64,000 bases of DNA. Source: Octopus vulgaris. Its lineage: Eukaryota. The stretch spans positions 14,508,001 through 14,572,000 of the forward strand of contig OX597837.1 of the NCBI GenBank assembly GCA_951406725.2. The letters are read 5' to 3'. Made by a program: the position numbers and the translations under genes. The stretch's first letter is position 1, and each line of letters starts with the position of its first letter. Below are positions 13,163 through 26,867 of this stretch, one piece after another. Below the pieces are notes generated by a model, which had not been told where the DNA came from, made no database searches, and was given only the letters and a program-made list of their open reading frames with translations.

Positions 13163-14270
13163 CAGGGTGTATAAGCTGAGTAAATTTGCTTACAGTTTGA
13201 GTAAATAGGAATATGTTTTGTGTAGTCTCCCGGCTGAGGAAGGCCCTTCATGTTTTTCTGGGTATACAACTAGAATCACAGGTTTGCTTCATTGAAAAGC
13301 GGAACAGTGGCCCGCAGGTTTGACTTCGATGAGGCATGAACTCAGAGAATACAGATCCGGAACAAAATGCCACGGGGATTTTTGCTCGACACCTTCAACG
13401 ATTCTATCAAACGGCCCTTTCTATAAATCGGGCTTAATTTAATATGCAAAACATTGCATTGCGGGTGTGGGGGTGGGGTGGGGTGTTTGTATGCATGTGT
13501 GCACCATGCACGCACTGCGTACGTTATTCATTAAATAGTTCTATATATTATTACAAGCGAATGTATATAAGCATTAAAGTGCATACATTTAGCCCCAATT
13601 ATACGCAACTCCATTATATATGTACTACATAGACACACGCGTGTATATATATGTATATATAGTACCTCTGCTTTACATAGTAGAATGGAAATAGGAAATG
13701 CTGAATCGAAGGCCACTTTTGGCTGCGGTCGCTGAATCAATGTCCATTGATAGATTTCTGCGAGATGGTGCTTTATCGATGTAACCATTCCTCGTTGAGA
13801 AAAACTGTCTAATTTCGCAGATTTACGCGAATCTGCTCTCAGTTTCCTCCCGCTGACATCGCTTGCAACCTTCGTTTCTACACGATTAATAAACGAAAGA
13901 CAGGCACCATGTCGGGTATGACGACCAGGGTCCAGAGTTGATCCTAAATCGGACCCCGTGCACACGCTTGAGCGGAGGACTCTAGGAATTTTTTAGTGTA
14001 TCATTGTGGCTAATGATGGGTCCTCCAGACCTCAACACTTTTTGGCTGAGACTGGTGTACAACACGAAGCATTAAATATCGATCTTCAGGTTTTTACAAA
14101 GCAGAGGGCTCCACTGACAATTCTCTAATTGAGTCCGTGCTTACTAGCGCCGGTCCTGATCCTATGAAATGGATTTTGGGCTGCAATTGGTTGTTTATAG
14201 GGGAAATAGAAAAACCAAACCGAACAAATACCGCAAGGCATTTTGTAAAAGCCCCTTACGAAATTTCAAA

Positions 14271-14500
14271 TTCATTTCACGTTGCTCCAGTTCATTCAGC
14301 TGTCATAAAAAGGGTTGCACCTGTAATTTACAAGGGTTCAGCCTTCTCACATTCTGTGTCACGCTGAATTTCTCCGAAAACTACGTTACATGTATGTGTG
14401 TCTGTGGAGTGCTCAGCCACTTGCATGTTAATTTGACTAGCAGGTGGTTCCGTTGGTTGCATCAACTGGAACCCCGGTCATTGCAGCCGACGAAGTGCCA
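14271..14500 (+). mobile_element. SINE family B, 3' part (long-tail subtype)
   Basis: Aligns by eye to 43445-43672 (CACGTTGCTCCAG...GGAGTGCTCAGCCACTTGCA...ATCAACTGGAACC). Confidence 0.78.
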
Positions 14501-14589
14501 GTTAGGTAGACCTGCCAGGGGAAAACTACGGATGAGGGTTCCGCAAGTTCTTTCTGAACAACCTGAACCAGGTGATCAAATGCAATGTG

Positions 14590-14778
14590 CAGTACCTAAG
14601 CTTACTTCTCTTCGTCAAATTGAGATTCACCTGTACAGGTGCACGGTCTGTCAAAACGATCGCGGTGCAGCGTGCAATGAAGTGGTTTGCTCAAGAACAC
14701 AATGCACGCCTGGACAGGCGATCGAAACCACAAACCTGCGATCGTGAGCGCAACACTCTAACCACCAGGCCACGCGCC
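14590..14778 (-). mobile_element. SINE family B, 5' part
   Basis: Reverse complement of GGCGCGTGGCCTGGTGGTTAGAGTG...GGTTTCGAT...GTGTTCTTGAGCAAA. Confidence 0.75.
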
Positions 14779-15482
14779 GCCACCAGTTATAAACCGGTTA
14801 TTTACTCCACTCTCTCAATTCCTCAGCTCCTCCTCTCCTCTTTCTCCTCTCCCCCCCTCCTCGGCTGGCATGCGTTTGACCACGTGAGTGTTCTCGATCG
14901 AAGGCTACCTGGGGCTAAATCACAATAAAAATAAAACATCAGCAGCAGCACCCCCACCCCACCCCACCACCACTACATCTACCACCATCACAATCATCAC
15001 TTCGACAACCACCACCACAACTACACAACTATCACCACTACCACCACCATCATCACTACTACAACAACAAACAACAACAACAACAGCAATAGCAACAAGA
15101 TCCACTACTACTACTACTGTTGCTGTTGCTGCTGCCGCTGCTGCTATGGTTGAGGGAAACACCTGTGAATAAAGGTAATTCCTTACTATGCCGTGGAAAT
15201 CGGTGTTTCGTGAATTCGAGGAATTCCATACCAAATGGTTTAGATTTCAATAAAATATTGTTGCAAAGGAAATTCGGGGATATTCCACGGGAGTTCCTCG
15301 GTCGACAGGGCTTCATTGTTTTCATTTGTTTTCCCTCATCTTTTTTCATTTTATTCCCCCCACCCATCCACCCCACCACACCCCTTCGCTGTCAGGGGTC
15401 TTTCTCTGCGACTGTAAATGGGGGTGCGTTTGCTTATACGCATGCACACGCATCAACCACAACGCACACATACATACATACA

Positions 15483-15582
<100 letters not shown>

Positions 15583-16215
15583 TATGCAGACACATACGCA
15601 TGTATTTGTGTGTTTATATATGTCTGTGTTTATGTATGTGTGTGAAAGGAATGCATACGGGAGCATATATTGTATCTAACAAATAATAATAATAATAATA
15701 ATAATAACAACAACAACAACAAGTTTGTATAGGTCACATACAATCTTTGATTCCTCTGGTTCACCAAAAAATAAGTAGCATTTCTCACTCGTTGCTGCCA
15801 ACCGCCCATCGTGGAGTGATGGGAAATTCAGGTGTAGCCTCTTTAATTTCCCAAATTTTGTTTTATTTCATAAAATTTACTGTAGAGCAACACTTCCATC
15901 CATGCCCTCGCCTTCCTAACCGCGTTCACTACACAACTTCCTTCACCATAGTCATTCAAGTAGAAGAAGATTACCCGCTCTTCCTTGTCGAAAGAGTTTT
16001 GTTTTCCACATTAGAATCAGCTCTTAGCTCTCAGCTCATCGAGATCCATCAATGAGCATTGATTTTAGCGATTGCAGCCAACAGCAGCGTTCGATTCGGC
16101 CTGCCAGATGCCCAGCACCCAACGTCGGTTCACGCTCCGCCTAGATTAACGACTTGGTCGAAAACGACCAGCAGTAGAAAGACTTGTAGAAGCCTGAACG
16201 GCAATCTAAACATGA

Positions 16216-16292
16216 TTGAAACCGGCAATACTTAAGCCAAAACCGGCAATACTTAAGGCAAAACCGGCAATACTTAAAACAAAACCGGCAAT
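16216..16292. repeat. 21-bp minisatellite AAAACCGGCAATACTTAAGCC, ~3.5 copies
   Basis: Seen directly. Confidence 0.9.
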
Positions 16293-16896
16293 AACGTATT
16301 GCACAAGAAGGAGATCTACTGAGGGGGACACAAGTTGGTGTGCCTTAGATTACGTTACTGACGATAAGCGCCAACTTCCTGGCGAGTGTCTTTGCCAGAA
16401 TTTTGAATTGTGTCGAACAAAGTTAAGGGTTTCAAGTTGCTTGCCCTCGTCAGAGACCTCCTTCAGCAACGGCTCACCCTTCGGTTAGCATGACTGCTTA
16501 CCATCAGTTGTAGACATCTGCTAAAAGTTTGGAATGTTTCTGGCATGTAACAAAATTCGTCGAACAGATCTTGGGGTTGTCCCTAGCTGCAAACAATGGC
16601 TCAGACTTATTTTTTATTTACATAACCATATAAATTAATTTTAAAATATCAATTATTAATTTCTTGAAATTACCTCCTCTAATTTCGAGAGTTGCTAATA
16701 ATTGCTGCTAGGTTTCTATTTCCACCCTCCCAGAGAGAAATTTTTATAAATTTACAACTTTTTTTGTATGCGACACATGTATATCAGCTTTTATCAAAAC
16801 TCATCTCAAATGAGGTATTTCCCTTCAATAAGAATTTTGTTCGACGCACAACCGATTCCCCCAGATCGCCTCTTTTTAGCAAATAATAACTCATTC

Positions 16897-17297
16897 TAAT
16901 TCTTGCACAAGGCCGACAATTTTGAGAGGAGGCTGCGAGTGGATTCCATTTCCCGCTGCACTTGTTGACTGGTACTTTATTTTACCGACCCCAGAAGGCA
17001 AAATGGACCATGGCGAGATTTGAGTTTAGCACGTCAAAAGCCGGATGAAATGCTACTGAGCATTTCGTCCGACACACAAAGAATTCTGCCATCTCGCAGC
17101 TTTTCTAAGTTTTGACACAAGGCCAGCAATTGTGAGGGAAGGAGAAGAGGATGCATTCGATTGCATTACTTTACTCCCGTAAAGATTAAAGACAAAGATG
17201 ACTTCGGCGAGATTTGAACTCGGAACATATAGAGCAGTGTAACAAATACCACAAGGCACTTATTCTAACGCGCTATCCATTCTGCCAGCTCACTGTC
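16897..17297 (-). mobile_element. Two tandem diverged SINE family A copies
   Basis: Each runs from CACAAGGCC (tail, reverse) to TTCTGCCA(G/T)CTC (head, reverse). Confidence 0.72.
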
Positions 17298-17422
17298 TAA
17301 TAATAATAATAATAATGTTTCTCATGCAGGCACAACCCCTTAAATTTGAATGATTTGTTTATCACCGCGATAAAGGGGACGGAAAACAGAGGGCATTGCA
17401 GGGACAACAATAGTAATAATAA

Positions 17423-17644
17423 AGGTGGCAAGCTAGCAAAGGCGTTTGTGCGTCGAACAAAATGCTTAGCGGCATTTTCTTCCCTCTTTTTACAGTCTGC
17501 TTGAGTTCAAATCCCACCGAATTCGACTTTGCTTTTCATCCTTTTTTTGGAGATCGATAAAATAAGCACAAGTCGAGCAGTTGGGGTACTGCATCGATCT
17601 GCCCATCCCGACCTAAAAATTTCAGGGTCTGTGCCTACAGTACA

Positions 17645-17645
<1 letters not shown>
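17423..17645 (+). mobile_element. SINE family A followed by (AAT)n/(GTA)n
   Basis: GAGTTCAAATCCCACC B-box; TTTGCTTTTCATCC...GATCGATAAAATAAG core. Confidence 0.78.
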
Positions 17646-17705
<60 letters not shown>

Positions 17706-19099
17706 GTAGTAGTAGTAGTAGTAGAAAATTAAAAAGCATCGAGCTTTTTTTATATTTATTTACAATTTATTATTACTAATATTGCATTATTTAGTAATCT
17801 TTTCTGTTTCATTAAAGTTGTTTAGTTTTTTTTACCTTATTTAACATTACTCGACTTTTATTACTATTCAGAAATTGTTGAGAATGGATGCATTCATGAT
17901 TTTTTATCAACTGGTCAAACAAAACTAAGCGTGCAGAAATTAAAGGTTTTGCACGTTAATTGCAAAAGCGTTCAGTGAAGACAAAGTCATACCATATATG
18001 GATATTTGAGTGAACGAATCTAGATCTCTGCCGGAGCTAGCAAAACCTCCTCATACCATCACATCGCATTGATAAAAATCGCCTCAACATACTACAAAAT
18101 GTATACATAAAACTCCATTCATATATTAAGAAAGTGTTTGTCACACACAAACACTGCAGCGTATAGCTTCACATATTCTCCTCTCTTTCACACTTTGCAA
18201 CTATAATGCACGTATGCACGTATGCACGCATACACACACACACACACGACTGGAAACGAACGCACGTACACAAACTAAACCAGCTTACAATTTACATTCT
18301 GTTTATCAATATATAAAGCGTGTATGCACATATATGTTTATGTATATGTATTTATTTATTTATGTATGCATTATATATGTATGTATCTATGTATAATGAG
18401 AGAATGAGAGGGAGAGTCGAAGGAAAGTGAGAGTGAGAACGGGAGAGAAAGAGGAAAAGAGAGGGAGAGATGCGAAGTTTCCTTTACAACGAACTCAAAA
18501 CATACATTCATCTAGATACAATTGATCTAGCAAAAGCACATGCTTGTCATGTGAATTGCAAAGACTGTCACGTGCATCACCACGATCTGAAAGTCAAATT
18601 CACTTCCGCCATTTGCATAGCAAACGAACAGCGGAGTTTTAGCAAGTAGCCTCGTTATCAGTTGCATTACTCTCTAACCCCGTAGCTTGCAATGCTGTTT
18701 GTGTTGACGATTGTAATACTGATGATGATGCTGCTGCGAAAATCCTGGCCATGGCGCATCATTTCAGATAGGAATATTACGAGCTGGGGAAAGAGATATT
18801 CATTAAGAAAAAATGGGCGGAATTAAGAAACGACCAATGAAAGTGCAGCGTTCGAGCTCTGCTTAACATACAACTTCGCTCCTTACACGTACAGGAACAC
18901 GCAGCATAGCACCATTTTTTTTTTTTTTTAGTTGAAAGACTGCACTGCCACAATAACAACAACATCAACAACAACATTACAACTACAACAACACTACAAC
19001 AAACAATATTTACAACAACCACCTCCGCCAACACCGCAATTTTTCGACACCACCAACAACAACAACAACGCCATACCCATCACCACCACCACCAACATC

Positions 19100-19131
<32 letters not shown>

Positions 19132-19214
19132 AAGCAACAAAAGCAACAAAAGCAACCACCAAGAACAACAACAATAATGCAACCCCCTCGTCCCCACACC
19201 TTGCACACACGGGA

Positions 19215-19725
19215 AAAACCGATGAGATGGTCATGGCTAGAATGCCTATGATCGTAGGCCTGCTCGGTTAGGGCTTACCTGGTGGGTGTCGAGGTGGTTA
19301 AACAACAACTGACACACGGGTCAATGATGAAGTTTGTACACCCGAGCTAGAAATAGCAACAAAATCTGCCTCGAATCATACCTTACTGTTTAAAATAAAG
19401 AATAGCACATTCGACAATGTTAGTCATGGCCAGGTTGTCTTTAATCATAGGTGTGTCCTGATAGACTGTATCATTATTGATGCTTTGCAATAAAGACTAA
19501 TATGATAGAATGTACCTCTCCAGCTATGACCATCCCGACTTAATTTCAGGCATTGTGCATCTGAGGTTATATTGTGTTATGTATCATTTTGAGTTTGTTT
19601 ACGTTGAGGGGAGGGGGTGTAAGGCGTAATTTGAGGGAGATTTGGCTACTATTTCTTGAAACTAGAGCAGCCACGTGGAGGTTCCCCCGCTGGTTTTTAT
19701 TGCCGATATTTTACATTATTACTAT

Positions 19726-19778
<53 letters not shown>

Positions 19779-20010
19779 TCACAACCATTTCTAGTAGTAG
19801 TAGTAGTAGTAGTATAACCACCAAAGCCACCACCACTACCACTACTACGACTACCTGGGCAACAGTTTCTCTAACTTCACTATGAACACCGGGAGGCTCC
19901 ATTCGGTTGTTCGACCTGCTAAAAATAGCAGCCAAGCTCTCTCAAAACCAAATACTGTTATGTTAAAGAAAGAAGGACACATTAGATAAAGTTGTCCGAG
20001 ATAAATGCAA
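19215..20010. mobile_element. Cluster of copies of an abundant non-coding interspersed repeat (family C)
   Basis: Motifs CTAGAAATAGCAGCCAAATCT and GGGATGGTCATGGCTGGAATGCC...TGATCATAGG recur here and at ~22900, 37900, 45180, 47390, 56340 and 62530. Confidence 0.6.
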
Positions 20011-20058
20011 CGTAGGATAGATTTGTAAATCTGCATTGAGGCCCACGAAGAAAGAAAG

Positions 20059-20090
<32 letters not shown>

Positions 20091-20539
20091 TCCACGAAAA
20101 ACTTGGTCCAATGGTGTCATACCAATCTTGTTTCCTTCGATAGCAAAACAAACAAATAAATAGATAAATAAATGAATAAACAAATACATGGCAAAACCCT
20201 GTAAATGCAGCACATATAAAGAATGCATCATCGCATCTGACCCAATCCGTGACCCCTTAAATATAAACCGCATCCGCTCCGGGCCCTTGCTATCACTTCA
20301 AATTCTAGGCCACATTAACATAGGTGAATGCAACCCGCCAATAACTGCTAATACTCCACGAAGTTCGGGTAAGGTCCTTAGCAGTGTCACTAACTGAAGC
20401 CCTTTGCTCCCAACGGAGCAGGGGCCGTGGACGACTTGTCTCCATTGCTCTCGATTCTGAGTAGCTTTTCTCTCCTGCTCTCCAGTCAGATCCCAGCTTT
20501 TCCTTGCAGCTTCCTTTCGGATTTTACTTCGTATGTTTC

Positions 20540-20800
20540 CCGCCAGGATAGGGGCCTTCCTTTCCCAAATCTTGTTGGTTTTGAATTATCATCACTGCTT
20601 CTGTAATTTTGCTTTCTTCTTCGCTATGTAAGGCTGTTGGCCCTTCGCAAACCCGTTTTTACCTCTGAGAAGAGGCAAACCATATCAGTCTGACTTCTAT
20701 CATTTGAGCTGTCCAGCATGGGAGACCCTGCTGGGAACTTGCGCTCTGCTGGCATAATTCTCAGATTTGTTGACGCATACAGGCCACCACACTGCAACGA
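20540..20800 (-). mobile_element. RTE-type LINE 5'-UTR-like fragment
   Basis: TGTCCAGCATGGGAGACCCTGCTGG...CTGGCATAATTCTC...CCACCACAC resembles RTE 5' regions (recalled, not computed). Confidence 0.45.
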
Positions 20801-20869
20801 GAACTGGTGGACTACAATAATTGAAACGGTGCTGTTGCAGCACAGATGTACACACACTGAAATAACTGG

Positions 20870-21192
20870 TACTCCGTCGGTTGCGACGACGAGGGTTCCA
20901 GTTGATCCGATCAATGGAACGCCTTGCTTGTGAAATTAACGTGCAAGTGGCTGAGCACTCCACAGACACGTATACCCTTAATGTAGTTCTCAGTGATATG
21001 AAGCATGACACAGAGTATGACAAGGCTGGCCCTTTGAAATACAGGTACAACTCATTTTTGCCAGCTAGGTGGTCTGGAGCAACGTGGAAATAAAGTGTCT
21101 CGCCCAAGGAGACAATGCATCGGCGGGAATTGAACTCAGGACCTTACGATCGTGAACTTAATACCTTAACCACAAAGCCACGTGTCTTCACG
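20870..21192 (-). mobile_element. Full-length SINE, family B
   Basis: Near-colinear reverse complement of 43343-43672. Confidence 0.85.
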
Positions 21193-21239
21193 TGGATAAT
21201 TACTGGTGTACTATTTCCATATTTACACGCACGCAAACA

Positions 21240-21700
21240 CTTTCTCGATCTTGTCTGAGGAAGTGACCAATCCTGTTCCGGTGCTTGCATCTTATTTCAT
21301 CACTGATCCTATTGGTGCTCGTTGCCGTTTTCAGTTGAGTCATTTCGGACTCTTTGCGGCCACTTGATGCCACGACTAAAATATCTGATCAGAACTTATC
21401 CGATCTGAACAAAAGCGCTTTTTGTCCCCCATTGGTTAACGGAGAACGCAAAGAACATCATGGAGAGCATCGGACAGGATATTTGCCGATACCTGATCCG
21501 GTTCTGTACACTTTGGATTCAAATCACGTTTCCAGTATCTGCAAACATTGACACTTTCTCACAGGAGTTTGACAGATTCGAAGAAAGGAAATGAAACATG
21601 AAAACTGGATCATAATTGTGGAATGAGATGTAGAGCAAAGTAAAACTTTGCATGCGATCAGCCAGAATAAACTGAGGGCGACTCAAACGAAAGAATAACA
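21240..21700 (-). mobile_element. Decayed RTE LINE, RT C-terminal region
   Basis: Minus strand gives GIKWPQRVRN...ISDEIRCKHRNRIGHFLRQD, similar to the RTE I-W---I-N...W-GH-LR motif. Confidence 0.55.
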
Positions 21701-21723
21701 ATTGCTCTCATATTTTGAGACAT

Positions 21724-21839
21724 GAGCATTGGGTACCCAGAGCGTTAGGTACCCAGAGCGTTAGGTACCCAGAGCGTTAGGTACTCAGAGCATTAGGTAC
21801 CCACAGCATTAGGTACCCACAGCATTAGGTACCCAGAGC
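21724..21839. repeat. 16-bp minisatellite GGTACCCAGAGCGTTA, ~7 copies
   Basis: Seen directly; variants arranged in blocks. Confidence 0.93.
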
Positions 21840-22564
21840 CCTTTCAGTCGCTACAAATACTACGTCTTACTAAATTTGGCGAACACAGCCCCACGAAACA
21901 GTTAACCTTCGACGAAGGGGACCCACAGCGGCTTTCTGTCCACACATTTGAGGCACTGCTGCAAAACACACGCACACACGTTTCAGCCCTCATCCAAAGA
22001 AAAGCCCTACCCTCGCTTGAACTGGCATGAACTGGCATCGGCCTAGATCTTCTATTGAAAAAAGGTGCATAGCATCATTCTTGTTGTTGCTGTTATGGTC
22101 CTTGCTATTGTGGTTAGTGCTAGTGTTGCTCCTCTCGTTTTTTGTACTGATTGCCATTCTTGTTGTTGTTGCTGTTGTTTTTGTTGTTTAGCCCTAGGCC
22201 AGTCCCTGACGTAGCAATCAATCATCAAAGACCATTCCAGCGGTGACCATTCCATCTGTTTTCTCAGACTCTCCAGACGAAGTTATAACGCGGACTTCAA
22301 CACCCAATAAAATATTAGTTTGCTTTTGAAAGAGATTTGGCTGTTATTCCTAGCATGCTCAGTAGCCATGTAGAGACACCATTGTTTAAAACGATAGATC
22401 GATAGATCGATATCAACGTTGGACTGGACTGGTTTGGCTTTCTTCATTGTTTTGGTTTTGTGGTTTTTAAACAAAAGTTTCGATGGTTCGGATGGAAGGG
22501 GCCAAGTGAGGTGGGCGGAGCGCTCTCCTCATCTTTACCGGTCATCCCAGGCTTTTCATGTCGA

Positions 22565-22611
<47 letters not shown>

Positions 22612-22675
22612 CAACTGCTGCTGCTACCCACCACCACCACCACCACCACTACTACTGCTACTACTACTACTGCTG

Positions 22676-22708
<33 letters not shown>

Positions 22709-22717
22709 AAACTTCTT

Positions 22718-22763
<46 letters not shown>

Positions 22764-22765
22764 CG
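22565..22765. repeat. Compound (CTA)n/(CTG)n/(CCA)n microsatellite
   Basis: Seen directly. Confidence 0.93.
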
Positions 22766-24167
22766 TGCCGCCGGTGCCTCTGCTGTGGCTGATTTTACAG
22801 TTCCTGTCGGACTTCTGATGTCCAACGATTCCGCTGGTCACCGTCTGTTGAGAAGATATAAAGTGGGCGAACCAACGGGTGGAGAAAGGATGGCTCTGTC
22901 TGCTCGAAATAGCAACTAAATGTCGTTTTACCTTCATTGAAAAGGGAAGAGCAATGCATGGATAACATAGATCCTCAATGCTTGAAAGCTCGACGGTATG
23001 ACCACGGATGAAACGTCTTTGATCATAGGTCTCCTCACTTACGGTTGACATAGGTCTCAGCGACCATAACAAGAGCATTAACAATCTCAACAGCAACATT
23101 AACAACACCAACGATGACCACCACGGTGAGTGATAGCTCCAACACCTTCGACAGCAACAACAGCAATTACTACAACAAACTATTGTTTGTCGGGAAGTCA
23201 ACCCTGCGATGGACTCGCGTCCAGTCCAGAAGGATGGGAAGTGTCGTAGCATCAGTCACTTATACGTCAGGAAAACCAAGAAACCTAGGCCTTATGAGAG
23301 ACCCAAGTACCATCATGCTAGAGTTACCTCTTCTTTGTTCGGTTTCTCATGAGGCCGCTCATATCACTGTGCTTTCCCATAAAGCAACCCCAAGTCCAAT
23401 TGCACGCCACGCCAACACTAAATGTTTCACACATTGTTATGTTGAACTTCTTTACGATGTTCTCCGCGGTACAACAGCTAAATCTCCCACCAAACCAGAA
23501 CAAGAGCTTCGCAAGTTTTTGCAAAAATCTTCAAGATTGTAAAGGTATAGACAGTAAGTTTTTCATTGCTGCTGAGGACTGGAGGCCGTTGCTTTGGGTT
23601 TGAGCATATTCCGCTACACTGGCTCAGCATGGCTTGGCAGAGGGGTGCAGTTTTTATACTCATATGCACCAGAAACAAGTACTACCTACCAACAAGAGCA
23701 TTGAAAATAAATTGTGATCAACAGAAAGAGTCGTGGAAAGAAGAATGCTGAAGATTGACAAAATGGAATTGGAGAAACAACAGAAGAATGGCAACGCGTT
23801 TAATGGATGTTATCTGGGAAATAAAAAAAACCCCTCTGAAATGGTCTTTGGTGGGACATGTTGCTTAGCCACAGGTTACAGCTGTGTAAACTTATAACCA
23901 AAGGCGTTTCATTCATGGCCATCCTGTTTTCTTTAAGTCAAATAGTGTATTCCTTCTATCTGACCATTTTTAGCAATTTAACATTTTATGGTTCCTAGAT
24001 TTTTCATTTGGTCTACAGAGGAGAAGGCTTTGGCATTCACTTGCATTATTGAAGGTTAGGGCGCTATCAGCGACATATTTATCATCACTATCGATCAAAA
24101 GAAAAGCCAATAGAAGTGATACTAAACTTTAAAAGAAATATTTTTAAAAATAACATAAGTTCTGTGA

Positions 24168-24393
24168 TCCACTTGTTTGACTAAAACCCTTCAGGGCGGT
24201 GCCCCAGCATGGCCGAAGTCTGGTGGTGTGTTTACGTCCCCGTAACTTAGCGGTTCGGCTAAAGAGACCGATAGAATAAGTACTAGGCTTCAAAAGAATA
24301 AGTCCTGGGGTCGATTTGCTCGACTAAAGGCGGTGCTCCAGCATGGCCGCAGTCAAATGACTGAAACAAGTAAAAGAGTAAAAGAGTATAAGA

Positions 24394-24395
<2 letters not shown>
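24168..24395 (+). mobile_element. SINE 3' region with TAAAAGAG tail, preceded by an older partial copy of the same tail
   Basis: GGCGGTGC(C/T)CCAGCATGGCCG occurs at ~24196 and ~24328; reverse copy at ~54150-54240. Confidence 0.7.
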
Positions 24396-24489
<94 letters not shown>

Positions 24490-24789
24490 TTTTAGAGGTA
24501 TACACAAACGAGTTCAGTCACAGGCGAACGCATGCACAAACACATGGCCACCCGTATCACCGCTGCCACCCCTTACGATATTACTGTTCTTTACAACATT
24601 TTATTAACCACCAAATCCATTTTACTCCGCCACCCGTATTTCAACACACCCCTCACTTACCGCTACTTCACCCCCCTCTTCTTTGCTCCTTGTCATCTAC
24701 TGAGTGACCCCCTTCAATAAAATCGCACCCCCTAATGTCTCGAAGTATGTCTAAGAACACCTTGGAGTAAAGAGTGGAGGCAAACTTTC

Positions 24790-25067
24790 TGCACACATAC
24801 ACACTCATACATACATACATACATACATACATACATACATACATACATACATACATACACACATACATACATACATACATGCATGCATACATACAAACAT
24901 ACATACATACACACACATACGATTAAATGAATGAACTACAGACACACACACAGCTGTGTATATGCGTGTGTGGGTATAAATGCGCACGTGTAAAGGTGTG
25001 TACGGGTGTATATGCATATGTATTTATGTACGGCTATATATGCATGTGTGTGTATGTATACTCCCAT

Positions 25068-25108
<41 letters not shown>

Positions 25109-25601
25109 GACATATACATACAGTCAGATGTATATACATACATAAATAAATACAAACATGTTAATACATACCCACAGACATATACCTACAAAAACGCATA
25201 CACGTACACCCGTACACACCTCTACACGTACGCACTTATACACACACACTCACACACACACACGTATACACACATGCGCGCGCGCTTATACACACCTGTG
25301 TGTGTGTCTGAATTTCATTCATTTATTTCTTCATTCATGGAACTCTGGTTTCTTTTTCCTTTCTCTTTCCCCGCCTCCCACCCCCCGCTTCCACACACAT
25401 TACACATACAGCATACACACACACACACACACACTCCCCTTCTTCTATCCCCCTCTCTCCTTCTCTCCCTGTCTCTCTATCTCTCTATCCATCTCCATCT
25501 CCGTTTCATTCATGCAGTTCCTATTTTCGTTCATCTTTTTCCTCTCACCGCCACCCTTATTACTCTCCTTTTCACTCTCTCTTCTCAACTCTTACACTCA
25601 C

Positions 25602-25678
<77 letters not shown>

Positions 25679-26041
25679 CAACACATACACACACACACAC
25701 ATGCACACACATGCACGCATGCAACCACACGCACACACAAACACCTGACATACCCCTCCTCTCTGTCTCTCTGTATTTCATTCATGCGATTTCCATTTTT
25801 GGTCATAGCTCACACACACGCGAGCTTACACGCACGCACACATACATACCCTCACACCATCATACATACGAACACCTCACATCACATTCCCATCTCTCCC
25901 TCTCCCTCTTTCTCTCTCTCTCTCTCTCTCTCTCCACCTCTCTCTCTATTTCTATTTCATTCATGCAATTTCCATATTTGGAAATTGCTCACGCACATAT
26001 GCACGCCTGAACCTCAGAGCCCTACGCACGCGCATTCACAC

Positions 26042-26112
<71 letters not shown>

Positions 26113-26386
26113 TACACACATACACACACACACGCACACATACATACATTCACTCACACGCACACACGCGCTCACACACAATTCTTTAAACCGTACATAC
26201 GCACACAGATATTACACGCAATTAGTATACACACACTTCCTCTATACACACTACAGTCTCTACATAAACACATTACACACACACACACACACAACATATA
26301 TTACACATGCACACACATACAAACTGAATATACACTTTACACATCCAGACTTATAAATTACACGCACACATACTACATATTATATC

Positions 26387-26417
<31 letters not shown>

Positions 26418-26659
26418 TTCTCATACGCGTGCGTGTAAATGCACACATTTCACGCACGCTCACGCGCACCTGCACACATCACACATTTTAGCGTTTCCCT
26501 TCATCTCCGTTCCATTCATGTATCTACCGTATCATTCATTAATGCACCAGCATCCACCCCACCCCCACCCCGCCGCCGCCTCACCCTCACGTGGTTTTTC
26601 CACTTTCTGACCCCCGAATGCACATCTCACACTACACGCGCATACACACACACATGCAC

Positions 26660-26701
<42 letters not shown>

Positions 26702-26829
26702 ACATGTATACGCACATATACTACACATATTATCTCTCTCTTTCGCTTTCTCTACCTCTCTCACTCACTCCCTCTTTTTCTTTTTCTTTCTCTTTCTCTC
26801 TCTTTTTCTCTCTCTATACGCATATGCAC

Positions 26830-26867
<38 letters not shown>

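Noticed and set aside
24980-26356. 458-aa His/Thr-rich ORF
   Set aside because: Translation of CA/CT microsatellites; the same applies to the many YI, CV, SLSL and IYLS ORFs.
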